Origin: a virus
Direction: 5' to 3' (one strand)
Virus record (IMG/VR): IMGVR_UViG_3300049893_002106
Span: 6,625-70,624 of that record
DNA: 64,000 bases
Positions 1 to 9,710 of the stretch are shown piece by piece. The notes below the pieces were generated by a model. That model ran no database searches, was not told the DNA's origin, and was given only the letters and a program-made list of their open reading frames with translations. The position numbers and the translations under genes are program-made. Within the stretch, counting starts at the first letter, position 1; every line of letters starts with the position of its first letter.

Positions 1-3000
1 TTCGTAAGAGGAAGAGAGGTGGTGGCGTTAGTGCCTCCAACAATAATTCCGCGCTTAATATCTACAGCTAAGGTGGTAGACGAAGTGGCAACGCCAACTG
101 GAACACTAATATTAGTAATAGTTGAAGGCGAAGTTGCCGTTAAAGATCCAGCCGTGTCTGCACTTAAGAAATAGGCCGAGCCTGCTGTAAGAGAAGAAAG
201 GCCACTAACTTCACCGGAGAAAGTTATTTCAAACCTGTTAGTATCTAACACTTCACTAACAATACCTACAACTTCAGAAGTGTTTTCGGATGTAGCTATA
301 GCCTTGGCGTAAGCAGATCCGGTGTAATACAAGATATTACCAAGAGAAAACCCGTGAGAAGCCTGAGTCACTACTTTTGAATTTGACTGTGGCTTAGAAA
401 TTAAAGTCCAGTTAGTTGTACTGCCACTGTCTTCTTTCTTATAGATTCCGTTTGGAATAGATGACGGAGGGGTGTATTTAGCTAAATACGGATAAGAAGA
501 ACCATTTATTGTAGTGAAATATCCGCCAAAAAGAATATTTCCTTGGTATTTTAATACCTTAGCGATTGAATTATTTGGACCTGTTCCCAGTGCCGACCAG
601 GTTGAGCCGTTCCATTTGGCTATTCTGTTGGCAGAAACACCTCCGGCAGTTGAGAAGTTACCTCCAATGATAAGATTATTATCATAATCCAGTTCAAAGT
701 CGTAGGCTATTCCAGCAGGGTCTAAGCCTGTTCCAAGAGCAGACCAGGCCGAACCGTTCCATTTAACTATTCTGTTGGCAGAAACGCCTCCGGCAGTTGT
801 AAATGGGCCGCTCGCATAAAGATCTCCAGAAGAGGTGATTTTCAGATGCCAAGCATGACCATTCAGGCCAGAACCCAAAGCGGAGAAAGTTGAGCCGTTC
901 CATTTGGCAAGACCTGTAATAGAAACGCCACCTGCCGTTGAAAACTGTCCAGCTACATATACATTATTAGATGAATCAATAGCAAGCTCAAGCCCATTTC
1001 CGTCTAAACCCGTCCCAAGAGCAGACCAAGTTGAGCCGTTCCATTTGGCTATTTTATTGGCGGAAACGCCATCTACAGAAGTGAAATATCCAGCGATATA
1101 TACGTTGCCAGCGCTATCTATTTTTACATCTTGAGGATCACTGTTAGCACCGACTCCAGATCCTACAGCAGACCAAGATGATCCGTTCCATTTAGCTATT
1201 TTATTGACGGAAACGCCTCCGGCAGTTGTAAACGATCCGACAACATATATATTGTTAGATGAGTCTATTGCCAATGAGTTTGCGCCACTATCTAAACCAG
1301 TTCCAAGAGCAGACCAAGCTGATCCGTTCCATTTGGCTATTCTGTTGGCAGAGACACCATCAACAGCAGTAAAAAATCCTACGACATAGAGATTGCCGAG
1401 AGAATCAATTGCTGCCTGCTGAATAAGTCCGTTGAGAGGGGTAGTTGCCATCGCCCCCCAAGCCTCTGGGACACTTGATCCAGGCTTCAAATAAAGCGAA
1501 GAAGAAGTAGCATCCGTAGCTACAAGCCTAGGATCTGATGTTCCGGCTATAATATTTGAAACATCGTTAATGTTAATATTTGAGCGATTAACTTTAGCTT
1601 TATTGGAAATAACTTCAACGGCTGGGATATTTTTGACATACTGCGGGGAATTTGTGATAACAAGATTTCCGCCAGTCCTATCCACAGAGGCCAAGTGTAT
1701 ATATCTAGTCCTGTCGGTATTTTCTGGAGTAGTTGTGAGAGTGACAATATTTGCAGAAGTAATTGGATATACAACAGCCGCGCTATCCGTGATGGCTATA
1801 GTTGAGCTTAAGGTATTGAGATCAAGATATAAATAAACATCGCTCGGTGATCCGGCAGCTACCGTATAGTTAATATCTATTTCAAAAGAAGCGGCTGTAG
1901 TACCTGATCCATTATGAGTAGATAATATCCTGCCATCGGAGAGATACATTGAACCACCGGCTAAAGTAGCTGTTAAGCCGGAGGATTTCACCACAGAAAG
2001 GGCCTCGGCAGATCTAACCTGTCTCCATCCCTTAGTTAATCCATTGTCAGTTTTGCGATACAGTCCAGATGGAGTAGAGGTATCTAATGAATAAGCAGGA
2101 GAATATTCAAAGGTTCTTGGTATAGTCGTCCCATTGACCTCTATGTAATTATCCGAAGTAATAGCGAGAACAGTTCTACCTCCCGCAAGCTTATTAGAAA
2201 TCACCGGCCTATTAAGATTATTGCCGAAAGTATTGATAACTCCAGCGGCTATTTCTATAGAAGCAGAAGTGGAATATTTTATTAACTTAGTATTAGAAGT
2301 ATCAGACACTAATAGCCAAACTAAACCGTCTTGATCTACATTTAAACCGTAAACAGGAAGCGACGAAGACGCTGCCGCAAACCCTGTTAAGTTTGTCCAA
2401 ACAGACCCATCCCATTTTGCTGCACGATCTACAGAAATTCCACCGATAACGGTAAAAAGCCCGCCAACATAAAGATTACCAGCACTGTCGTGATCCAAAG
2501 AGCGAGGCTCATTATTGGGGGCACCTGTCCCTACCGCTGACCAAGTTGAACCATTCCACTTAGCTAGATAGTTTATTGAAACGCCACCGATTTGACTGAT
2601 CATTCCACAGACATAAAGATCGCCAGTAATCGGATTAAAAGACATAGAATAGGCAACATTACCAAAGAAAGAGGAAGCTCCTATTGAAACCCAAGTTGAA
2701 CCGTCCCACTTAGCAATGTAATTAGATGATCCAGAGTTATTTACCTGTCCAAAAGAACCACCGATATATAACTCACCGCTAAGAGGATGGATCGCCATAC
2801 AGTTAATACTAGCAGAAGGGCTTGTCGTATTAACTCCAAGTTGAGTCCAGGCAGAGCCGTTCCACTTATAGACTCCTCCTGCACTATCTCCAACATATAC
2901 GTTTTCATTGCTATCTACTATTACAGACCTGCCGCTATTGGCAAGGCCAGACCCTAAAGCCGACCAAGTTGAGCCGTTCCACTTAGCGACTCTATTGGCC

Positions 3001-3293
3001 GGAGTGCCTCCAATCGTTGTAAACGCTCCTACTACATATAAATGTCCAGACGGCCCATATGCCGATTGGATAACTACATTATTAGTAAGAACGCTTCCCA
3101 AATATCCATACACAGAAGATACTGGAGTTGAAGACTCTACTCTACTTCTTAAATAAAGCGACCCAGAGGGTGCGTCTATTGCCGTCGAGGTTGGATCTGT
3201 AGTTCCGGTTAATAAATAAGAATTGTCTTGTAAGTTTAAATTACCCTTAAGTAATTTTACAAATTGACCTGCGAATATTGCTGCATTTCCCAT
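1..3293 (-). CDS. Tail fibre / receptor-binding protein with two beta-propeller regions (3'-truncated by window edge, >1097 aa)
   Basis: Not in the ORF track (no stop inside the window). ATG at 3293 reads MGNAAIFAGQFVKLLKGNLNL...; the same frame reads ...GGTNATTSLPLT at the left edge. Many blades of the form YVxGxFTTAGGVSANRIAKWNGSxWSALGTGL, then a HGFSLG...YAKAIA...VVGIV fibre domain. Confidence 0.8.
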   Translation of the reverse strand, partial: MGNAAIFAGQFVKLLKGNLNLQDNSYLLTGTTDPTSTAIDAPSGSLYLRSRVESSTPVSSVYGYLGSVLTNNVVIQSAYGPSGHLYVVGAFTTIGGTPANRVAKWNGSTWSALGSGLANSGRSVIVDSNENVYVGDSAGGVYKWNGSAWTQLGVNTTSPSASINCMAIHPLSGELYIGGSFGQVNNSGSSNYIAKWDGSTWVSIGASSFFGNVAYSMSFNPITGDLYVCGMISQIGGVSINYLAKWNGSTWSAVGTGAPNNEPRSLDHDSAGNLYVGGLFTVIGGISVDRAAKWDGSVWTNLTGFAAASSSLPVYGLNVDQDGLVWLLVSDTSNTKLIKYSTSASIEIAAGVINTFGNNLNRPVISNKLAGGRTVLAITSDNYIEVNGTTIPRTFEYSPAYSLDTSTPSGLYRKTDNGLTKGWRQVRSAEALSVVKSSGLTATLAGGSMYLSDGRILSTHNGSGTTAASFEIDINYTVAAGSPSDVYLYLDLNTLSSTIAITDSAAVVYPITSANIVTLTTTPENTDRTRYIHLASVDRTGGNLVITNSPQYVKNIPAVEVISNKAKVNRSNININDVSNIIAGTSDPRLVATDATSSSLYLKPGSSVPEAWGAMATTPLNGLIQQAAIDSLGNLYVVGFFTAVDGVSANRIAKWNGSAWSALGTGLDSGANSLAIDSSNNIYVVGSFTTAGGVSVNKIAKWNGSSWSAVGSGVGANSDPQDVKIDSAGNVYIAGYFTSVDGVSANKIAKWNGSTWSALGTGLDGNGLELAIDSSNNVYVAGQFSTAGGVSITGLAKWNGSTFSALGSGLNGHAWHLKITSSGDLYASGPFTTAGGVSANRIVKWNGSAWSALGTGLDPAGIAYDFELDYDNNLIIGGNFSTAGGVSANRIAKWNGSTWSALGTGPNNSIAKVLKYQGNILFGGYFTTINGSSYPYLAKYTPPSSIPNGIYKKEDSGSTTNWTLISKPQSNSKVVTQASHGFSLGNILYYTGSAYAKAIATSENTSEVVGIVSEVLDTNRFEITFSGEVSGLSSLTAGSAYFLSADTAGSLTATSPSTITNISVPVGVATSSTTLAVDIKRGIIVGGTNATTSLPLT

Positions 3294-3358
3294 TTATTAT
3301 CCCTTAATCGCAAAGCGAGTGGCAAAAAAGCCAGTAAAGAACTATTAATATTGTAACA

Positions 3359-3742
3359 TTAGTCCCAAAAGTTTATTGAAATTTCCGCGCCAACAGATGG
3401 CGCTACCAATGGTCTTAGAGAAAGCCTAGATCCAGCAGCTATTTGAACTGGAATATGGCCGTTACCGCCCGGAAGATCAAGGAAAAGATCCGCTTCAGCA
3501 CCACCGCTGCCGATACCAAATCTCGCAGTGTTACCCGTAGAGTCGAACAATTCAATAAAATTAATCACTTGTGGAGTAGAGTTTATAAGCTCCAACCAAC
3601 TTGAAGAAGCAAAAGTAACCGTGGTAGGTGTTGCGCTATTAAGATATAGCGAAGCATTGTTGGTTGGGTTAGCGTTAATAATTACTACCCTGACCGTGGG
3701 AGCGGCCTTATTCCTGCCTCTAGGGATTCCCATATAACTCAT
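3359..3742 (-). CDS. Hypothetical virion/tail-associated protein (127 aa, beta-rich)
   Basis: ORF with AGGAG RBS, lying between two fibre genes. Confidence 0.6.
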   Translation of the reverse strand: MSYMGIPRGRNKAAPTVRVVIINANPTNNASLYLNSATPTTVTFASSSWLELINSTPQVINFIELFDSTGNTARFGIGSGGAEADLFLDLPGGNGHIPVQIAAGSRLSLRPLVAPSVGAEISINFWD

Positions 3743-3751
3743 AAACTCTCC

Positions 3752-6700
3752 TTAGATAATCATCCATCCAGAGGACGATGCGATAAAAGTTAAACTGAAA
3801 TTAGAAATTGTCATTGCTATAGGAGTCAAGCTGCCGTCAATCGTATTCGCACCACTAGGAGCGATAATAATTGCCTTATTGAGCAAGTTGGCTGCGCCAC
3901 CAACGTCCTTAATAATTATCATCTGTCCTACGTTAGCACCACTAATCAATGGCAGCGTAACTGTCAAGTCAGATATTGAGCTGGTGGTATTGACTGGAAT
4001 TACACAATCAGAAACGGTGGCGGCATAGTTTGCTGTCTTGACTGAACCCACACTAACAGCTAAAGCGCCTCCGATAGAGAAAGTTCCGCCAATAATAAAA
4101 CTACCGTCGGTTTTTAGCGTGTCAGATGCCGACCTATAAAGATTAGAAAGACCAGTTCCAAACAATATTCCATCTGTCGCTGTTGTGCCAGTCGCCAAAT
4201 GGAGTCTATTTGTTGGAGAAGCGACTCCAAGCCCTAGCCTGTCTGTAGACTCATCGACCACTACTTGAGAGCCTAAAATAATTTGGCCTTTGGTGGCATT
4301 AGAAGTGGACTTTAAGGTTAATGTTCCGCCAGCATTAACAGCGCCATAGGCTGTTTGGCCAGATGTTCTACCTGCCAACAATAAATATTGCAAGTGGTCG
4401 TCATCGGAGAGTCCAGATAGGTTTCCGTGATCGTTTGGTTGATATGAACTAGATAGTTGAGTATCAACCCCGCGCCTATAGTCTGTAATATCATGTAAAG
4501 CTGCATTGAAATTATTGGCGTAAGCGCTATTGGTTTTATAAATTAACCTATAGAGAAGTTTAAATTCTTGATATGGAAAGTTTCCAAACTGATTACTTTC
4601 CGGCAAAGCATCCCCTTGAGCTTCTGTCAGAGAGTCGTATTGTCCTTGTCCCATAATAGATACTATTGGGGTTCTAACGTCATTAGTAGCGTATATCCAA
4701 TAGGCTACAAATTTGTCATCTGCGGTGGCATCGACCGCTGCCCAAGCAGAGGATGGCAATGAAGGATCTGTCCAAGTAGCTCCATCGGAAGACCATATCT
4801 TGCCGCCACCGTTATTGTGGCTACATGCGTAAAGTTTGCCACCATATGAAACTAATTTAGTGGCGGAATTATTTGAAACTGGCCATGAAATGCTTGTATT
4901 AGTCCAGGCAGAACCATTATACGACCAAACTTGACCAGAGGAGTCTCCAGAGCCTAGATAGAGATTTGAGCCAAAAGAAGCTAGAGAAAACGCATACGTT
5001 CCAATATATGGGAGTGAGGTATTAGCCCAAGTGACTCCATCGTATGACCAAACTTGGCCACCGCTTCCATTGTAGCTACTGATATATAATTTAGCACTAT
5101 AAATCTCCATAGATAGTGCCTGTTGATTGCCAGCAGACCATGAAACTGAGGCATTGGTCCAAGTGACTCCATCGTATGACCAAACTTGGCTGCCGCTTCC
5201 GTTATAGGTAGCTGCATACAATTTCCCGCCAAAAGAGGCCATACAAGAAGACATCAGATTGGAGCTAGACCACGAAGCATTAGTATTAGCCCAAGTGACT
5301 CCATCGTATGACCAAACTTGGCCACCGCTTCCATTGTAGCTACCTACATATAGTTTGCCACCAAAAACAGCCATCGACATAGTATACTGATTACCAGAAG
5401 ACCATGGAATGTTTGCGTTAGCCCAAGTGACTCCATCGTATGACCAAACTTGGCCACCGCTTCCATTTACGCTTCCAACATATAGTTTGCCTCCAAATGA
5501 AGCCATAGATGTTGCGAAATTATTAGATGAAGACCACGGAATATTAGTATTAATCCAGGAAGATCCGTTGAGCGCCCAAACTTCTGCCGCCCCGCCAGTA
5601 TTCTGACTGCCAACATACATAATTCCCCCATGGACAATCGCGGAGCGTGTATCCACGTTGGAAGACGACCATGGAATGGGGCCAGCAGAAGTTAAATAAG
5701 TGTTATACTGAAGTCTTGATGCTCCTAGCTTTGCCGGAGCATTAACCGGCAGGTCTTTTTGCCAATCTCCATTGCTACCAACCCTATAGGCCACGGGAAC
5801 TTGCGCCACCGGAGAGAGGGTTTGCTCAAAGAAATCATCCGGCACTGCCGCATTAGTAATAGTATGGAGCAAGTCTTCATCACGAATGCTACCATTTCCA
5901 ATATCTACTTGAACCTCTGCATCTGTAGCTCCTGAGCCGCCCATAGCAGCTAACGGAGTAATGGCAAATCCGCTTACATAGCGAGTTCCAAAAGTAGTAT
6001 GTAAATACGAATGAGTGTTTGCATCCATGGTTACGCCATGGCGCTCCTCACCCAGAAGCTCTGCCTTGGAGGTGGCTGCATTCCAATATACATTCGCAAC
6101 ATATGCGTATTGAGTTAATATTGAAGGACTAAAGACGTTAGTATAAGTAAGAGCGCCAGAACTATCTAAATAGAAGAAGTAAGTTCCTGTAGTATTGGGA
6201 ATAATAGCAGCTAAAGGAGAGGTAGAGCGATAGCGAACTCCAGCAATAAGCCAGTCAAAATGGGGGCCAACGGGACTTAAAGTAAAAGTTCTAGTTCCAT
6301 CATTGAAGCTAAAAGTAGAAAGAGAAAGATCTGGGAATCCAGTGGCTTCACTTGTAAAATCGGAATTATCTGTAGGGCGATAGTCATATCCATCATGGAA
6401 TTTTAGCCTACGAGAGTCATTATCGAAATATAAGTCCCCTGCAATAGAAGAAGATGGTTCCGCTATTGAAGGTAAATTAACAGCCCGATTGTCTCTGGCA
6501 GTTAAAACAATATCCCCATCTACAGTGAGATTTATCTCGCCAATCCCCTCTGCTCTAATCTCAAGGTTTTGATCCAAATATCCCTTGAGAAGAGGAGTAG
6601 TAATACTTACTACTACCTCTTCGGTTCCATCGACCTTCAGGTGAGTATTAGCATTGTCCCAAGTTAAATTGGCGGAATAGTCAAGAGTAGAGTCAACTCC

Positions 6701-9646
6701 AGACGGGCCAGCATTGTCGTCATTAACGAATGGGATTCTGGTGGCTTCCATATTAACAGAGTTGGAAGTAGCTACAATGCCATAGCCAGCTACAGGGGTT
6801 AGCGTGACGGTTTGGTTTACATTTTTTACTCTAAATGCCCAAGAGTCCATGCCAGAAAGATCGCCACTTGAATCCGACATTCTAATCCAAGAAGGGGACA
6901 ACCATGTAGAGCCATAGGTGGTTCCGCCTATAACCTTAGTCTCATTAGACGTAGCGGTTTCGGTAGTCCAAATTCTCAAGGTATTTGGGTCGATAATTTC
7001 CGCATCACCGGCTACCAAACCAGATGCCACGATCTTGTAATTACCACTGATCATTCCAGAGGTGATCTCACCTGCATCGTCCGATACCCTTACGCCTACT
7101 TCGTCGCCTAAAGAATATCCGTGAGTAGAAGCATATTCCAAGTCAATATAGATTTGGCTTGTAATTGCTGAATATTGAGCTAAAGATTGGGTATTATCTG
7201 CAACTTCAATTCCGCTTCCACCGCCACCATTAAGAAGATTTCCAATACCTATAGTAATAGTTGGATCTTCTGCTTGAAGGGTTTTAGTAGATACAGAGAG
7301 GGTGTCTCCGTCGATTTGGACGTTGCCCCTGATTCTAATGGTAGATTGGGCGCTACCAATAAAAAGTGTATTGTTGCCGAGATTTGGGAGCCAGTCTTGA
7401 TCTGTAGGGGTAGCGAGAGTCCAATAATTAGTGCCAATTCGGTTGTTAATTAGTCCAAGCTCTGGGATCATTTTGTCATAGAAGAAGTTGGCATTATCTT
7501 CATCAATCCTGCCGCCAACATCAGTAAACAATACCGACAGAGGACTCTTAGTTTCCAAGAAAACATCCATAGCAAAAGTAGCATCGCCCTGGACATCTAA
7601 GTGATTATTGATAGTTTGACCATACTCATTAAGTACGGTTCCGTCGATAAATACTAAACAAACTTGACCGGCAATAGTAGCTCTGCGAGCAACTAAATAT
7701 ACGTCCCTATTGTCAAAATTACGCAACGGGTTGTCTGCTGGAGATCTAACTTCCCAGACATTAGTATTAAGAGATTCATTATTCTCTTCATCTACAGGCG
7801 AATTTTCACTTACGGAACCATTAGTCAAAGCTCCGCCAGTAGAGTCACTCAATTTAACCCAAAGACCGTAACCATCGGCAGCAAATCCAGTTACAGGAGC
7901 GTCTATAGTATAGGTTAGGCTTGCCCCAGAGTTATCACCGGCTGAAGGAGTTTCGGTTAAATTATCTCTCTTGCGACGACGAATAGTTATAAGAGTAGTC
8001 GTAGCATCGTCTTTTAATTTGTATTCGCCTGAGGCTGTCGAAACTGCGCCAAAAGCTTGTTCAAGAATTAATGTATTGTTAGTTCCGCTACTAAAGGAAT
8101 CTTCACCGACGCGAGACTCTTCTCCTGCCTGAAGAACACCATAATTACGCAAATAAAAAAGATCTGCCGTTCTACGACCAAGCCAATAATAAACAATATC
8201 TTGATAAGGATGAAGACCGACTGGATCTACAATAATATCGGCATTGCTATAGTTGGAGCGCCAAAACCTAAGAGATTCTTGACCAACTCCAGAGGCAATG
8301 TCGGCTTCGACTTCCAAGCCCACAATTGAGCTATCCGCAATGGAAGCATCTGCCGTGATAACGGAAGTTCCCGTAGAGAGTTTAACTACTTTATAGTAAC
8401 GGCTATAGCCTTCTGAGAATTTACGGATATAGTCACCGACTGCGATGCCAATAAAGTCACCAGCAACACCGGAAACTGCACGAGTCTGCAAGAGATTTGA
8501 CATGTCAACCGAGTTATCTGCCCAACTAACTGCGTTGCCCGAACCTTTTTGAACATCTCTCTCAAGAAGAAGATATACGTTAGATCCGTCTGGAACAACA
8601 GCAGATTCAAATTTAGCGTCAGAGTAAGTACGCAATCCGCCAGGAGAATTGTTGGTGAATGATCCGCCAAGTTTCCACTTAATACCAGAATAGTTCAACT
8701 GCCAAGCTACCGGCTCTGTTCCTTCGCTTCTTAGCTTATTGTCAGAAGCTTTGCTCCAGGCAATAGAGGAAGTCCAGGCAGGCTGGATGCTATGGCCGCC
8801 TTCACTATCAAGGAAGATGGTATTAGTATTTAAATTTTTAATATAATTTTGAGAAAGACCATTTGCATACCAAATAGTAGAGCCAGTAATCTCCGTAATA
8901 CGGGTCATTACTGCATCCATCCATTCTTTCTGCGAACGAATGCCCTTATCGTTAATAATACCGGAAGCATCTCTTGACCGGAAAGAAGAAGTAACTGCGT
9001 TGCCAGTTCCCTGTCCGGTTACTACTGGCTCCATTCGGCCATTAGAGAAGGGGAACTTATGTGATGGATCTGGAGCAATACCGCCCGTCCCTAGACGGTA
9101 TACCAGTTCCCTTGCATCGGTAATTTCAAGAATAGAAGAAGAGTCGGTCTTGGCAGTGTATAGCTTAATATAGCCCGGTGTAAACCCGACCGTATTAACT
9201 GTGACTTGAAGCTTAAGAATATTTTGAGAATTAGTAGACGCACCAAACTCATTACCGGCTACATCGTCCCCAGAGAGAGCTAGGGGGTTCCAGAAAGCCG
9301 TATTGACCGGGGCAGCCGTCTCGTTAATAAACCTAGCTTCGATAAAAATATTGGATTGTTCGGCTGGCAGCTCAACTATTTGGTCAAGGTCGGATGGCAG
9401 TCCAACATAAAAAGATCCGCTACTATCACCAGGATTCAATACCATTGAATCGGCTACTGATACGGTCAATGAGAGGGCCGACTTCCCTACGACTTCAAAG
9501 CCCCTTACAATATAAGCCTTGTCATATCCAGTAATAAATCCGATTAACGCCCTAAAATCATAAGCAGTAAACGAATCCATAGACAGTAAATGCTGAAGGT
9601 CGAGTCGCTGCTGTGCTACAAGGTTTGCTCTTGATAATACTGACAT
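3752..9646 (-). CDS. Large tail fibre / baseplate-attached adhesin (1964 aa) with beta-propeller insert
   Basis: Follows baseplate genes; 44-aa repeats GGQVWSYDGVTW; HGNLSGLSDDDHLQY motif and C-terminal IIKDVGG...GANTIDG domain typical of phage fibres. Confidence 0.75.
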   Translation of the reverse strand: MSVLSRANLVAQQRLDLQHLLSMDSFTAYDFRALIGFITGYDKAYIVRGFEVVGKSALSLTVSVADSMVLNPGDSSGSFYVGLPSDLDQIVELPAEQSNIFIEARFINETAAPVNTAFWNPLALSGDDVAGNEFGASTNSQNILKLQVTVNTVGFTPGYIKLYTAKTDSSSILEITDARELVYRLGTGGIAPDPSHKFPFSNGRMEPVVTGQGTGNAVTSSFRSRDASGIINDKGIRSQKEWMDAVMTRITEITGSTIWYANGLSQNYIKNLNTNTIFLDSEGGHSIQPAWTSSIAWSKASDNKLRSEGTEPVAWQLNYSGIKWKLGGSFTNNSPGGLRTYSDAKFESAVVPDGSNVYLLLERDVQKGSGNAVSWADNSVDMSNLLQTRAVSGVAGDFIGIAVGDYIRKFSEGYSRYYKVVKLSTGTSVITADASIADSSIVGLEVEADIASGVGQESLRFWRSNYSNADIIVDPVGLHPYQDIVYYWLGRRTADLFYLRNYGVLQAGEESRVGEDSFSSGTNNTLILEQAFGAVSTASGEYKLKDDATTTLITIRRRKRDNLTETPSAGDNSGASLTYTIDAPVTGFAADGYGLWVKLSDSTGGALTNGSVSENSPVDEENNESLNTNVWEVRSPADNPLRNFDNRDVYLVARRATIAGQVCLVFIDGTVLNEYGQTINNHLDVQGDATFAMDVFLETKSPLSVLFTDVGGRIDEDNANFFYDKMIPELGLINNRIGTNYWTLATPTDQDWLPNLGNNTLFIGSAQSTIRIRGNVQIDGDTLSVSTKTLQAEDPTITIGIGNLLNGGGGSGIEVADNTQSLAQYSAITSQIYIDLEYASTHGYSLGDEVGVRVSDDAGEITSGMISGNYKIVASGLVAGDAEIIDPNTLRIWTTETATSNETKVIGGTTYGSTWLSPSWIRMSDSSGDLSGMDSWAFRVKNVNQTVTLTPVAGYGIVATSNSVNMEATRIPFVNDDNAGPSGVDSTLDYSANLTWDNANTHLKVDGTEEVVVSITTPLLKGYLDQNLEIRAEGIGEINLTVDGDIVLTARDNRAVNLPSIAEPSSSIAGDLYFDNDSRRLKFHDGYDYRPTDNSDFTSEATGFPDLSLSTFSFNDGTRTFTLSPVGPHFDWLIAGVRYRSTSPLAAIIPNTTGTYFFYLDSSGALTYTNVFSPSILTQYAYVANVYWNAATSKAELLGEERHGVTMDANTHSYLHTTFGTRYVSGFAITPLAAMGGSGATDAEVQVDIGNGSIRDEDLLHTITNAAVPDDFFEQTLSPVAQVPVAYRVGSNGDWQKDLPVNAPAKLGASRLQYNTYLTSAGPIPWSSSNVDTRSAIVHGGIMYVGSQNTGGAAEVWALNGSSWINTNIPWSSSNNFATSMASFGGKLYVGSVNGSGGQVWSYDGVTWANANIPWSSGNQYTMSMAVFGGKLYVGSYNGSGGQVWSYDGVTWANTNASWSSSNLMSSCMASFGGKLYAATYNGSGSQVWSYDGVTWTNASVSWSAGNQQALSMEIYSAKLYISSYNGSGGQVWSYDGVTWANTSLPYIGTYAFSLASFGSNLYLGSGDSSGQVWSYNGSAWTNTSISWPVSNNSATKLVSYGGKLYACSHNNGGGKIWSSDGATWTDPSLPSSAWAAVDATADDKFVAYWIYATNDVRTPIVSIMGQGQYDSLTEAQGDALPESNQFGNFPYQEFKLLYRLIYKTNSAYANNFNAALHDITDYRRGVDTQLSSSYQPNDHGNLSGLSDDDHLQYLLLAGRTSGQTAYGAVNAGGTLTLKSTSNATKGQIILGSQVVVDESTDRLGLGVASPTNRLHLATGTTATDGILFGTGLSNLYRSASDTLKTDGSFIIGGTFSIGGALAVSVGSVKTANYAATVSDCVIPVNTTSSISDLTVTLPLISGANVGQMIIIKDVGGAANLLNKAIIIAPSGANTIDGSLTPIAMTISNFSLTFIASSSGWMII
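5020..5470. repeat. Near-identical intragenic tandem repeat, ~132 bp period, 4 copies (propeller blades)
   Basis: ccaagtgactccatcgtatgaccaaacttggc recurs at about 5027, 5159, 5291 and 5423. Confidence 0.9.
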
Positions 9647-9710
9647 TAGATCCTCAATAAATCGAATTGCCCATTACGATTTTACACCAATGCCAATAAC
9701 TTTACAAGCA

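Noticed and set aside
560-5470. Fibre repeats as diversity-generating retroelement TR/VR
   Set aside because: Repeats are in-frame propeller blades, differences are not adenine-specific, and no reverse transcriptase is in the window
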